From Malacoraja senta (lineage: Eukaryota), in the NCBI GenBank assembly GCA_038087875.1, contig CM075998.1, positions 312,001-376,000 on the forward strand: a DNA stretch of 64,000 bases, given 5' to 3'. Below are positions 33,736-46,768 of the stretch, in pieces. How positions within the stretch are numbered: the stretch's first letter is position 1; the number at the start of each line of letters is the position of its first letter. The notes below the pieces were generated by a model that did no database searches, was not told where the DNA came from, and was given only the letters and a program-made list of their open reading frames with translations. The position numbers were made by a program, and so were the translations under genes.

Positions 33736-35014
33736 CTTCAAACATTGTATTTGCTTATCAATGGTCTCAGATTTAAGTGATTTAATAATGAGACTTGGTT
33801 TCTCGTTGATGCTGAAATGCATAGGTAAAATCTGCAAATGCATAAAAGCTGGAACAAATACAGAACACAATAAAAACACTCAAAAGGTCCTTTCCCTTCA
33901 CAGATGGTGATTAATAAGCTATCTATCAGGTACAGACCCTTTATCAGAAGTTAAGTGATTTCCCCACAGATTTGATGGCTGGTGATGTAATTATTGGTTA
34001 CATTAATTTCGGAAAATTACTTTTGAGGTGGCACGTTCAGCAAGACCATATGATGAGGAGTGCAAAAGAAAATCATTTTTCAATACTTGTATTCATTTTC
34101 TAGATGATTCTTTCCCTGTTGATACTGTATCTCTAAGTTTCAGAACCTCCTACAATCAGATCCTCCTCAGAAACCCCAATCCCCACTGTTCTTTGTAATG
34201 GAAAAATCAAAGCGAGTTTGTACGTGCACCATTGATTCCATCTCCGCTCTTGGCACTATCTTGACTATTGTTGACCTTGTGATGCTCCTCAACTCAGACA
34301 AACCCATATTCACAAATAACCATATAACCACTCTAACCCAGACCATTGATTAAGGCCACAATATCGAGTCATATCTTCAGGTGTGTCTAAAATATAAAGC
34401 CATATCAATAATAAAAGTAAATTAATAATATACAAAACGGTTTTTATATTGAGGATTTTTTCCCACCAATTTTGGTTGCAATCTGGAAAGCCTTGGTGGA
34501 GGTAGATATTGTCATAACATTGAACAAGCACCTGGGAAAGCACTTGAAAGGCCAAGGCATAGACTCACTGGTCTATAACATGGATCAAAACACAGATTTT
34601 ATTATTGAAACAACTTTTACAACTGAACCCATTTGATAGTGTACTTTGGAAGACATTAATAGTTAACCTGAGATTGAACGAATCAGGAAGGAAAGTATGG
34701 AACGAGTCAAGTGAAAATAAAGAAATAATGTATTTCCTTGACGGACATTGTAGCATCTGTTGACTTTCTCACAACATCCAGCAGTTTTTATTCTCAGGGA
34801 CGCAAGCCCCCTTTTTCTATTTTTGAAGATGGAAAATAACCCTCTGATCTAATAGAAAAAACTGAAATGCTGGATGCATAGTTCTAAGAGCAGAAGTCAT
34901 CTCCCTACAGACTGAACTGAATACTTGCTGCGTATTTCCAGTGTTTTCTCTTTGATTTTCACAATTTCCGCTTTTGCTTTTTGTCTTCGGAGAGTTACGG
35001 AGATTCTTGTCTGT

Positions 35015-35385
35015 GTACACAAAAATGCTGGAGAAACTCAGCGGGTGCAGCAGCATCTATGGAGCGAAGGAAACAGGCAACGTTTCGGGCCGAAACCCTT
35101 CTTCAGACTGATAGGGGGTGGGGGGGAGAAAGGAAAAGGGCGGAGGAGGGCAGGGGGGATCACAGAGATGGGGCAGTTAGAGAGGTGGTTGTGGAACAGT
35201 CTCCGGAGAGAGGAGGAGAACTTCTTCAAAGTAGGCATACCTTGAGGAGATTTCGCAGTGGAGTAGACAAAGTGTTAAAGAAGGAACTGCAGATGCTGGA
35301 AAATCGAAGGTACACAAAAATGCCTTCTTTAACAAAAGTTCCTTCTTTAACTGTCTGAAGAAGGGTTTCGGCCCGAAACGTTGCC
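35015..35385 (-). mobile_element. Rearranged, internally deleted Penelope-like element (subfamily B)
   Basis: pLTR tail (35272-35322) followed by unique sequence with ATG at 35238, then 3' UTR and pLTR. Confidence 0.65.
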
Positions 35386-35499
35386 TTCTTGTCTGTGTGT
35401 TTAGTTTCGAGATACTGCGCGGAAACAGACACTGGGGACAATTATTCCATTTACACCAAGCCCTGGGTTACTTACAACTACGTGCAAACCGAGGGATCA

Positions 35500-35890
35500 T
35501 CTGGGCCCAGCACACGTGGGCGCTGTGACCAAAGATGTCTGTGTTGTGAGTGAGGTGCTGGAAGACGGCAGCTGCCCGCCACCCAGTCTTGGTGCTGGAT
35601 CCTCAACCAATCATCACAACAAAAAGTGAAAAGGATCTCCAGTGACAGGGAGGGACCCGCCACACGGGCGGAAACCTCTTGAGTTCCGGCCCGCAGTCCA
35701 GTCCCGCCCTCCCTCCGGCCCATAGCATTTTAGTCTCAAAACAGCAAACATATCGCGAGGTGTGCAGGAAAAAAAAGATTGTTTTCGAGCAGTCGGACGC
35801 CCTTCAGAAGAAACCAAGTCCTCAAGAGAACAAGTTGTCAACACAAGCATTCAATGGAAAAGAATTTACCTGTTCCTTCGGTGTGAGGTA
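35500..35890. promoter_or_regulatory. Candidate CpG-rich (bidirectional) promoter
   Basis: Non-repeat CpG enrichment, GC boxes cccgccc, CCAAT at ~35607, ETS-like cggaa, CACGTG at ~35513, outward-facing gtaagt donors. Confidence 0.45.
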
Positions 35891-35929
35891 AGTTGAACAC
35901 ACTGGATATCTCAGTGGGGATTTATATTT

Positions 35930-36210
35930 AAAGCAGAGATAGATAGATTGTTGATCAGTGCGGGTGTCAGGGGTGATCATGAGGAGAAGGGTGGAGAGTG
36001 GGGAGAGAGAGAGGGGAGAGAGGGAGAAAGAGAAAAAGAGAAAGAGAAAGGGAGAGAAGGAGAGGGAAGAGAGAGGGGTGTGCGAAGTGGAGAGAGAGAG
36101 AGAGAGGGAGAGAAAAGGGGGGAGAAAAGGGGAGAGATAGATCAGCCATGATTGAATGGTGGAGTGGACTCGATGGGCCGAATGGCCCAATTGTACTCCG
36201 ATCACTTATG
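35930..36210 (+). mobile_element. CR1 3' end containing an expanded GA-rich simple repeat
   Basis: KAEIDRLLISAGVRG remnant and CR1 UTR flanking the purine tract 36000-36140. Confidence 0.8.
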
Positions 36211-37829
36211 GATCCGGGTTGACTCAGGCTGAGGTGGTGATTTGTTGTTTTGTTGAAATATTTGTCTTTAATTGGTGATGGTGAGGAAGGGTTTACAGAG
36301 AGAACGTCTTCTAGTTCTTGTTGACTCGTACAGACTGCCCTCGTTTGGCATCGACTCCATCTGTATTTTCTTCTTTCCTCCCCCTCCAGAATAAAATCAC
36401 AAATTGCAGTAGGTTACCAGCCGGAAACAGTCGCAAACAACTTTTAAAATGTGACACTGACCCAATTGTGAAATTTGCCTCAGAGAAAGTTAGAGGGTCT
36501 ATCTTAAATCGAGGGAACTGTTAGTTTTGTTCAATGTTCTTTTGCTTCAACCAAGTTTGTTATATGTTTTTCTGTGCGTTTGAGTTAGTTTGATCGTATT
36601 TCGGTGTTAAAATATGTCGATCATAGGCGTAACGGCAATGATGGATAACTGGCCCGGCGAATCGAAAATCACCATTAATTTTATAAACCAACCTATGTGG
36701 CGAATCGTCCATTTCGATTGGTTTTGTTAAATGCCAATTATACTGATTACCAATTCCGATCAGTCAAATCGTGTGGCTTAGATTACGTTTAATCAATCAT
36801 TGCGACATACTAACATGCATGTAAACAATGCACAAAGTTTACAAGGCAATGCCAGATCCAGACATTTCAATTACAGTTAGAATGATTTTAATAATTTTGT
36901 AGACGAACTGTTTAAGAAGGAACTGCAGAGGCTGGAAAATCGAAGGTAGACAAAAATGCTGGAGAAACTCAGCGGGTGCAGCAGCATCTATGGAGCGAAG
37001 GAAATAGGCAACGTTTCTGGTCGAGACCCTTCTTCAGACTGATGTGGGGTGGTGGGGCGGGACTTAGGTTGTCTTTTTATAAGTTTTTGTTTTCATCCTT
37101 TTCTTTATGTGGTGCCTTTATTGGCATAAAATCTGCTCATGCTTTTGGTCTCCTTGCCCAAGGATAGATAGACTCGCTGTCGAACAACTGCAAAAAAGAT
37201 GCATCATATCAGTCCATGGGATGGTAAAAGGACCAGAGTGCTGGAGTAACTCAGCGGGTCAGGCAGCATCTCTGGAGAACACGGTTAGTGACATTTCGTG
37301 TCGGGAGCCTTCTTCAGACCTTTTGTGTAAACCAGCATCTGCAGTTCCTTGTTTCTACAGTCTGAAGAAAGGTCCCGACCTGAAACGTCACCAAGTCCAT
37401 GTTCTCCAGAGATGCTGCCTGTCCCGCTGAGTTACTCCAGCACGTCGTCCTTTTGTGTAAACCTGCATCTACAGTTCCTTGCTTCTTCATGCAATGGCAG
37501 GTCTGTTATATAACAGATTGAGTAGACTAACACTCCGTTCTCTTGATCTCATTGAAGATATAAGATTCCTTGGGGACATAATATGACTGGTGTGGGGAAA
37601 GATGTTTTCTGTATCGAAGGAATCTAAAACAAGGTTAGGTGCTTTTGAACTGAAATGAGGAGAGCTTGCTTCAGTCAGACGGTGGTGAATCTTTGTAGTT
37701 CTCTACCTTGGAAGGCTTTAGAGGCTGGATCATTAATTGGATTCAGAATGGAAATCAATAGTTTGGGGATATGTAAAGATTCAGAGAATATGGAGTTAGT
37801 GCAGGAAAATGGTGTTTGAGGTATGTGCT

Positions 37830-38750
37830 TCTTCTTGGGGATCGATGGTGACTTATTTCAGTTCTGGGGTGACTGCTGAGGCCAACTTTGGAACTCCAGA
37901 CAACCTCACAGATGACAGGGGAGACATGGGCAATTTGTGAGGTCTGTGATTTAGGCATAAGCTCTTAATGCTCAGTACCATCCGAAAGCTCTTTCTCTAT
38001 TTTGACTGGTCGTGGGTCAGGGATTCGCAAGAATTGCTGGGGAGGGCACGCATTTTTGTAAGGAAACATTGAGCACATCCTTGGATCTTCTGTCAACTTG
38101 GTGATCTTCTGCAGTGACAGTACTCAGAAGAGTGTATCTGTTTTGGGAGTCTGGTGTCAGGCTAGAAGGATGTGAGGGACGAAACAACGAAGGACATGGT
38201 TTGTCCATTGGAAAAGACTGAGTGTAACTCGGGCCTGCAGAGGATGCTTGTGCGAGTACACTGATCATTTTGCTTATCCGACCAGTAAATTTCGAGGATT
38301 TTGGAGACAGAATATGTGGTATCTTTCAAAATCCTTGAGATGCCTGCAGCGGGTAGTGCTGGTCGCAGATAAATGAGGAAGGACAGAGATTACTGCTGCG
38401 TTATTGACTCTGTTCTGTGCCGGGTCTGAGGACTTGGTCTTCAAATACCCTTTTACTCAGTTCACTAAACGCTCTGCTGACACCTTGAAGTTGACGGTGA
38501 ATTTCATTATAGATGTCTGCTTTTGGTGAGAGGGAGTTCCTGAGGTATGGGAAGTGGTTCACATATTCCAGCTGCGATGGGAGCAGATCGGTAGAGAACC
38601 TTTGTCTTGTGGATGTTGAGTGCAAGGCCCATTCACTCGTATACTTCAGTGAATGAGTCAGTGATGCCTTGGAATTTGGTCTCTGAGTGTGTGCAAGTGT
38701 TATCTGTGTACTGAGGTTTGACCACTGTGGTTTAGTTGACCTTGGCAATG
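37830..38750 (-). mobile_element. Degenerate RTE-clade LINE
   Basis: VNHFPYL...S.KADI.NEIHRQLQ..SRAFSELSKRVF, typical of the RTE RT thumb region. Confidence 0.7.
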
Positions 38751-39285
38751 GAGTGTAGTCACTCTAGGTTGAACCGTTTCCCATTAGTTCTAATGACAAA
38801 CTGGGAAGTTTTGTTAGAGGTGAGGTGCGACATTGTGGGGAGAAAGTTGCCCCAAAACATGCAACTCTGTGACACCTGTCTTACTGAGATTAACTCTTAT
38901 TGTAGACCTGTTGTTGAGAGACAATCTTGTAGAATGACAAAACAGCCTTGAGGGTCTGAATGGCCTATGTTTTATGTTGTTATATTCTTATGCATTTGTT
39001 ATCTCCCCACTCGTACTCCCTTCCAAGAGTAACTATTCTCAATGTGTTAATCTTGGGCAATGCTGCATCATTAAACTGGCTTATTGGGTGTGGGTGTGAT
39101 AACAGCAGTTTGGCACCACTTGCTAATGTAAGCATAAAATGGCTTGCATATGCTATCCTAATACAAGTATACTTTATATGTAGCAGCGAGCTGCCATAAT
39201 TCAGTAGCAATACTGACCCAGATTGAACTTGTCCGTTGAGTACGCAAACATCATGGGTGGACAATGTTCTGGCCAACCCGTTGTT

Positions 39286-40725
39286 TTAGATTAGATTATA
39301 CCTTTAATAATCCTTTGCAGGAAATTACAATGCCACGACAGCTTCAAGACGGACATAACACCACAAATAGCTTTCATACTTAACAAGTTAAAATACAAGT
39401 TAAAATACAAGTTAAAATACAATTAATTAAAAAAAAAAAGTGCAGTTATTTATGCGCATTATATAACCTTATCGCAGCTGGTAAACAGGACTTCCTATGT
39501 CTCTCCGTTTTGCACATTGGTGCAATCAGTCTCTGACTGAAGCTGCTGCTCTTGATCACCTTCAGGGCATGGAGTGGGTGAGTGGGGTTGGTCATTATAG
39601 AACCCAGTTTTTTCAGGGTTCTGGCCTCTGCCACCTGCTGGACCGTTCGTTGCTCAGCCCCGATCACTGAGCCGGCCTTCCTGATCAGTTTGTCCAGTCT
39701 GTTTTTGTCCGCTATGCGAGCGCCATCTCCCCAACAGGCCACCGCAAAAAACAGAGCACTGGCCACCACTGAATGGTAGACACTGCACAGTAGGGGTTGG
39801 CAGATGTTAAATGCCCTCAGCCTCCTTAAAAAATACAGTCGGCTTTGTCCCTTCCTGTACACCGCCTCCATATGACACTTCCAGTCCAGCTCCCTGTCAA
39901 GCTGCACACCAAGGTACCTGTGGTTAGCGACCACCTCCACCTCAGTGCCCTTAATGGTGATTGGTGTTGCTTGAGTCTTCCTCCTCCCCCTCCTGAAGTC
40001 CACAACTATCTCCTTGGTTTTTGTGGTGTTAAGATGGAGGTTATTGAGTGCACTCCACTCCACAAAGTTACTTATTATGTCTCTGTACTCCTCCTCATTG
40101 CCCCCTTTAATGAGGCCGACAACAGCTGTGTCATCCGAAAACTTCTGCAAAAAGCAGCTGTTGGTGTTATATCGGAGATCCGCTGTGTAGATGGTAAACA
40201 GGAATGGAGCCAGCACAGTTCCTTGTGGAGCCCCTGTGCTGCTCAAGATGGTGCTTGAGACATTGTTGTTCTGTAGGCGCACGTACTGTGGTCTGAGGGA
40301 AAGGTAATCCAAACACCACAGTACCAGTGATGGATCCACTTTCATCTTCTCCATCTTCTCCCCTAGCAATCGGGGCTGAATTGTGTTGAAGGCGCTTGAA
40401 AAGTCAAAAAATGTAATCCTTACAGATGCATCAGTAGTGTCCAAATGTGTGTACACCCTCTGCAGCATGTAAATGAGGGCATCATCGACACTGATGTTAG
40501 GCTGATATGCAAGCTGTAAAGGATCCATTTGATTTGACACACTAGTCCTGATGCAGGAAAGGACAAGTCTCAAATGTCTTCATAATATGTGAAGTGAGCG
40601 CTACTGGTCTGTAGTCATTGTGGTGAGTGGGATGGGTCTTCTTTGGGACAGGTACCAGGCAAGATGTTTTCCACAGCCTTGGAACCTTCTGTAGACGCAA
40701 GCTCAGGTTGAACAGGTGTGTTAGT
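39286..40725 (-). mobile_element. 5'-truncated Rex1/Babar LINE with near-intact RT (ORF 39446-40573; one frameshift near 40570)
   Basis: DYRPVALTSHIMKTFE, FFDFSSAFNTIQP, TGAPQGTVLAPFLF, KFSDDT, KTKEIVVDFRR motifs; (taatc)n tail. Confidence 0.95.
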
Positions 40726-41184
40726 GTGTTTATGTGCATGTACCTTTCCACCACAGGACGAAGGAATTGTAGTTGATACATTCCTTTCTTGCCTGGAGCA
40801 CTGAGGTTACATGTGATTTGAATTTTGTGGAGAACATTTCCAATTAAGGCTTTTTAATGTATTAAAGATGTTTGCACCTGGCTGAGATGCTTCTATAGGC
40901 AATCAGCACAAGGAATACAGTGCTGTGATATGTGGGTCATTTTAATTCCATTAAATAAAGAGTCAAGAGTGTATTATTGTCATGTGTCCCACATAGAACA
41001 ATGAAATTCTTACTTGCAGCAGCACAACAGAATATGTAAGCATAGTACGTGTAGGAAGGAGTCACCCATTCCTCCTCTCCAGAGATGTTGCCTGTCACGC
41101 TGAGTTACTCCAGCATTTTGTGTCTATCTTCGATGTAAACATAGTACACTGTATATATGATATAATAATGAGAAAAAAAGTTCT

Positions 41185-41276
41185 GTGTGTGTATGTGTGT
41201 ATACACATACCCACATATATATAATATATAGATGTATGTGTATATACATATGGTTTATTATATATATATATATACG
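41185..41276. repeat. TA/CA-rich microsatellite within a Rex-type 3' UTR remnant
   Basis: Directly visible. Confidence 0.85.
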
Positions 41277-43129
41277 CACGGGCACATAACAAAAACAAAC
41301 CATAATAGTGCAATAATAATAGTCGATGTAGTTCAGAGTATATTTTGAGACCAAGTTCTGGAATCAAAAAGCTGGTATTGTGTTGACAAAAACCGGCATG
41401 AATCTGTCATTTTTATTTAGTCTGACTATGTGACTCTAAATCGATTACATTGTGGTTAGCTTAACCCTCCTAAAAAGCTACTCAATGCAATAGAAATTGA
41501 GGAAAGGCAATAAATATGTGTAGGAAGGAACTACAGATGCTGGTTTACATTGAAGATAGACACAAAATGCTGGAGTAACTCAGCAGGACGGGCAGTGTCT
41601 CTGGATAGAAGGCATAGATGACGTTTTGGGTCGAGACCCTTCTTCAGACACAATCCGGTCCAAAGGCTCGAATTCTAGTCCTCCATTCCCAACCTCTCCT
41701 CCCCCTACAGTCTGCAAGTGTTCAATAGCACCGTCGCAACTGCTACTGTTATATATTAGTGTGATTTTGGTATTGATAAATAAGCAGCAATCACAGAGAA
41801 GGAATAAGTGTGCAAATAGTGGGGTGCAACGAGGATCAGTCTTTGCAATCTATACAGGTGGATGTGAAACATCCAGGCCCCCCTGGCTATGTTAAAGATT
41901 CCATACTAGTCCAAGTTGTGTTTGGGAAATCTAAGTTTGCTGACAAAAGTGGATTGGAAAGTAAACTGAGATGTGGCTACTGGAGTGAAGTGAAAGGTAA
42001 ATGGAGTAAAAAGAGACAAAATATGAAAGTTGGTAGGAAGAATGGAAAAGCAGAAACATCTTAAATAATGGTTTATTAAGGCAGAAATACGTTTGTAAAT
42101 AAGATGGATGTTTGTGTGTCACTCAACATGAGCATGCATGTGGGGGTGATAAGGGGTTTCAGGATGGGTACCGCCCTGCCTCCGGTTTCCCACTGCCCCC
42201 TAAAAATCATTTGAACATATAATATCCATAATGTGCGGCCATTCGAAATGATTATATTTCTGTTCCTGCTCACGCCCCTACAAATATGAGTTAACATTCA
42301 GATATTGTGAACAATTAAGGGCCAAGGGTTGTTGTCAAGAGTTTGTAGTGGACCACGGTTTCACCAACGACACCTTATGATCATCAGGGAATTGAGGAAT
42401 ATTTACATCGTTCTAGATTTCTGGTTGAGGTAGAGTCATAACTGACAGTAGTTTCCTCCAACTTTTCTAACATTGTGAAATGTTGCCTTGCAGCTAATAT
42501 TTTCTATTTATTTAAAGAAGTTGGCTATCGAAGCAGTTCAATCTCCCTCTGTGAGGTGGTACAAACGCCAATGCAAAATGGCAAACTGTTGCTGGTTCAG
42601 CTGCAGTTACACCACTCACTTCTAATGCAATGTGGAAACCATTTAGCAGTGGCACAAAACATGCAGCTTTGTATCTGAATCTTATCAGTTGGTGAAATTA
42701 GTTCTGTAGTCACATGATAACATTTCGCTTTCTTTGTGTAGAATTATATTAAGTTACAGAACAGAAACTGGACACTCGAGCCAACTGGTTTTCACTTCAA
42801 TGAGCTTCCTCCCACTTTTTTTTAAAAACTCTTGTGTGTTTTTCCAGCTTCCCCTTCAGCATAGCTCTGCTGTTTGACTCAACCACTCCCTGCAAGAGTG
42901 AGCTCTACTTCTCCTTACTCACTCTGGATGAGGAACTTTGTCCTGAATTCCCAACTGGATTTATTAGTGCTATCTTGTTCTGGTGGGCCCTGGTTCCGTG
43001 TTTTCCTCACTCAAGGAACACTTCCCGATCAAAGCCCTTTCATAATTTTAAAGGCATATATATATCAGTGTCACCCCCTCAGTCTTCTCCATTTTGGAGA
43101 GATGACCTCCAACCTGCTTATTCATAGAT

Positions 43130-43410
43130 CACACTGAGTCCACGCTGACCATCGATCACCCATTCACACAAACTCTATGATATCCCACTTTGTATCCACT
43201 CCCTACACACTTGGGGCAATTTTACAGTGGCCAATTAACGTACAAAACGCACGTCTTTGGGATGTGGGAGGAAACTGGAGAAAACCCACACGGCCACAGG
43301 GAGATTTCACACGTGCAAACTCCACACTGAAACCACCCAAGGTCAAGGTCAAAACCAGGTGTCTGGTGCTGTAGGGCAGCATATCTCCCAACGTTGACAC
43401 TGTGCCACCC
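43130..43410 (-). mobile_element. Degenerate V-SINE
   Basis: Diverged homology to 4830-5139. Confidence 0.7.
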
Positions 43411-44317
43411 TTGTCAGTGTATTCCCTTCACAGATGCTGCCTGGCCCACTGAGTTCCTCTAGCAGCTCTCCTTTTTTTCTGCTCTTTTGATAGCCTTACC
43501 CAATAAATATTTGTTGTCCTCAAACGTCTATTGCTCTTGGTAGACACAAAATGCTGGAGTAACTCAGCAGGACAGGCAGCATCAATGGAGAGAAGGAATG
43601 GGTGACGTCTCGGGTCGAGACCATTCTTCAGACTTGGGTCTCAGCCCAAAACGTCACCCATTCCTTCTCTCCAGAGCTGCTGCCTGTCCCGCTGAGGTAC
43701 TCCAGCATTTTGCTTCTACATTCGACATAAACCAGCATCTGCAGTTCTTTCCTCCACACTCTATAGCTCCTGGTGTCTACTATCTTTGGGGACACGAGGT
43801 TGTGCTTCCTGTTTTGATTTTAAGAATGAGGTGCCTATTCTAGATTATCCCACCATTGGAAATAGTCTAAACAATTCAGTTGGATGTGAACAATCATTCA
43901 CTAATTCACAAAGTATGTTTAGCTCAAAATTCAAATGCTTTGGCCACAGCCAGACATAAAAACTGTTTTTTTCCCCACGAGCTGTAGCTCTACTCAACAA
44001 CCAGAAGTCTGCAGCCTCCTTTTGCTCTGGTGTTTTATTTCATTCTTCACCTGTTTAAATTATAATGTTTTATTTTTAATTGTCTACTGTACATCGTGTT
44101 GTTACTGGCGAGCAAAGCACCAAGGCAAATTCCTTGTATGTATACATACTTGACTAATAAAATGTATTCAATTCAATGCTGATTCACTACAACTGGCAAC
44201 TTGACAAATCTATAGTTTTTTTCATTTTTCGCGTTAAATAATGTAGTGTAATAGGATATACTGGGTAAAAAGATCCCTTTATCATCCTGTTAGTTGGAAG
44301 GTATAATAAGAGAGTCA

Positions 44318-44625
44318 TTTAGTTTAGTTTAGAGATACAGCGCGGAAACAGGCCCTTCGGCCCACCGAGTCCGTGCCGACCAGCGATCCCCGCACATCAA
44401 CACTATCCTACACACACTAGGGACAATTTTACATTTATACCAAGCCAATTAACCTACAAACCTGTACGTCTTTGGAGTGTGGGAGGAAACCAAAGATCTC
44501 GGGGAACACCCACGTGGTTACTGGGAGAACGATACAGACAGCACCCGTAGTCAGGATCGAACCCGGGTTTCTGGCGCTGCAAGCGCTGTAAGGCAGCAAC
44601 TCTACCGCTGTGCCACCAGGCCACC
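44318..44625 (-). mobile_element. V-SINE (HE1-like)
   Basis: Same family as 4830-5139; (taaac)n tail. Confidence 0.88.
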
Positions 44626-45992
44626 CTACTGATTCATCATAGCTATCAATCAGTTCACAAAAGTCTGAGAGATTATATGGAGTCACCTTTACTCTCGGAA
44701 CTCTGTCTCAAACTTCTCGTATGCTGTCCACATTCTGTTTTCCCATCCAAAGCACAATTCCCAAATCGAAATGCTGTGCAGAACATTATAAGACCATTAC
44801 TTCACCTGGTTTATTTAGTAACTTGGGGAGTACCATTAAGCCTCCGATTTGCCTGAACAAAACTGTGCGCAGTTGTTTCTGTTCATTTTTGTTTAAATGA
44901 ATCGTGTCAGAATGTGTTATGATTTGTAGATCACAATACTATTTTTAGTTCTGGAAAGTCTGGTTCTACAGCCTTGAATAAGAATTTAATAAGTGACATT
45001 TTGAGCGCAATAACCTGGAAATTGATTATCGAGTGATGTCTTTCCTTCTTAAATCATGAGCCTAAAACAAATTAGTTGGGTTTTCCTTGTAGAGTTTTAT
45101 TTAGTAGTATATATCCCCAGCATTCAAGCAATTTAAAAGTATATGAGGTGGGAGAAAACTTCCACCTGATTAAGCATGATGTTGACCTCAATGAGGAAGT
45201 GACTGTGGCAGGAATTTAGTTTCTTTGTGTTTCACAGCTTAGCTCAAAATACCCGCAAAACTCAAAATTTTCAACAACTTGCAATTGTTCAACATCCCTG
45301 ATCTCACCAGGAGCTTCCCAAAAGTGTAATAAAATAAATAGACAAAACCAAAAAACTATTAGGAAAGTGGAGAGCTTTGAAGAGCGGGGTGGAGGATAGT
45401 GAAACCAACATGGTGACTTGGTTGTGTATGAAGGAACTGCAGATGCTGGTTTAAACGGAAGATACACAAAATGCTGGAGTAACTCAGCGGGACAGGCAGC
45501 ATCCCTGGAGAGAAGGAACGGGTGACGTTTTGGGTCGAGACCCTTCGGTCTCCCGTTCCTTCTCTCCAGAGCTGCTGGCTGCCTGTCCCGCTGAGTTACT
45601 CCAGCATTTTGTGTCTATCTAAGGTGACATGGTTGGCATTTTAGTTCTAAGACTTCTCTTTCAAAAAACATGGCTTCATACTCTGACTACTGGTGGATGG
45701 GTACCTGCAAGTTATGACAAGTAGCATTCAGCAAACCACATAACTTTGCAAAAGATGTAACTTTTCATTTGTCTGGTTTGTGGTTGGAAGTGTTGACTAC
45801 TTTTCTATTATCCAACGCAGTGCAGGCAACCCCCGTGTTACAGGCGTTTGGGTTACAGACATTCGCCCTTGCAGAATTCGCAAATCCCTACCCAAGGATT
45901 TAAGATCTGGAATAAATTTCACTCTTGTGGAATTTGTCTGGAAAAAAAAAAGTAAATAAACCGACACTAAATTATTATTTTTCAACATGTGC

Positions 45993-46768
45993 AGACAATA
46001 GACAATAGGTGCAGGAGTAGGCCATTTGGCCCTTCGAGCCAGTACCACCATTCACTGTGATCATGGCTGATCATCCCCAATCAGTACCCCGTTCCTGCCT
46101 TCTCCCCATATCCCCTGACTCCGCTATTTTTAAGAGCCCTATCTAGCTCTCTCTTGAAAGCATCCAGAGAACCGGCCTCCACCACCCTCTGAGGCAGAGA
46201 ATTCCACAGACTCACCACTCTCTGTGAGAAAAAGTGTTTCCTCGTCTCCGTTCTAAATGGCTTACTCTTTATTCTTAAACTGTGTGTGGCCCCTGGTTCT
46301 GGAATCCCCCAACATCGGGAACATGTTTCCTGCCTCTAGCGTGTCCAAGCCCTTAACAATCTTATATGTTTCAATGAGATCGCCTCTCATCCTTCTAAAC
46401 TCCAGAGTGTACAAGCCCAGCTGCTCCATTCTCTCAGCATATGACAGTCCCGCCATCCCGGGAATTAACATTGTAAACCTATGCTGCGCTCCCTCAATAG
46501 CAAGAATGTCCTTCCTCAAATTAGGGGACCAAAACTGCACGCAATACTCCAGGTGTGGTCTCGCCAGGGCTCTGTACAACTGCAGAAGGACCTCTTTGCT
46601 CCTATATTCGATTCCTTTTGTTATAAAGGCCAACATGCCATTCGCTTTCTTCACTGCCTGCTGTACCTGCATGCTTACTTTCATTGACTGATGTACAAGG
46701 ACCCCCAGATCCTGTTGTACTTCCCCTTTTCCCAACTTGACGCCATTTAGATAGCAATCTGCATTCCT
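45993..46768 (-). mobile_element. CR1/HER1 LINE 3' fragment
   Basis: DLGVLVHQSMKVS...LARPHLEYCVQFWSP...ETYKIVKGLD. Confidence 0.93.

Noticed and set aside
33154..33879. Recurring peptides such as CWSNSAGQAASL and PSLQRCCLSR in many ORFs
   Set aside because: Translations of the non-coding pLTR repeat, not a gene family
45822..45930. Similarity to 63465-63570, possible Tigger-like remnant
   Set aside because: Too degenerate to classify by eye
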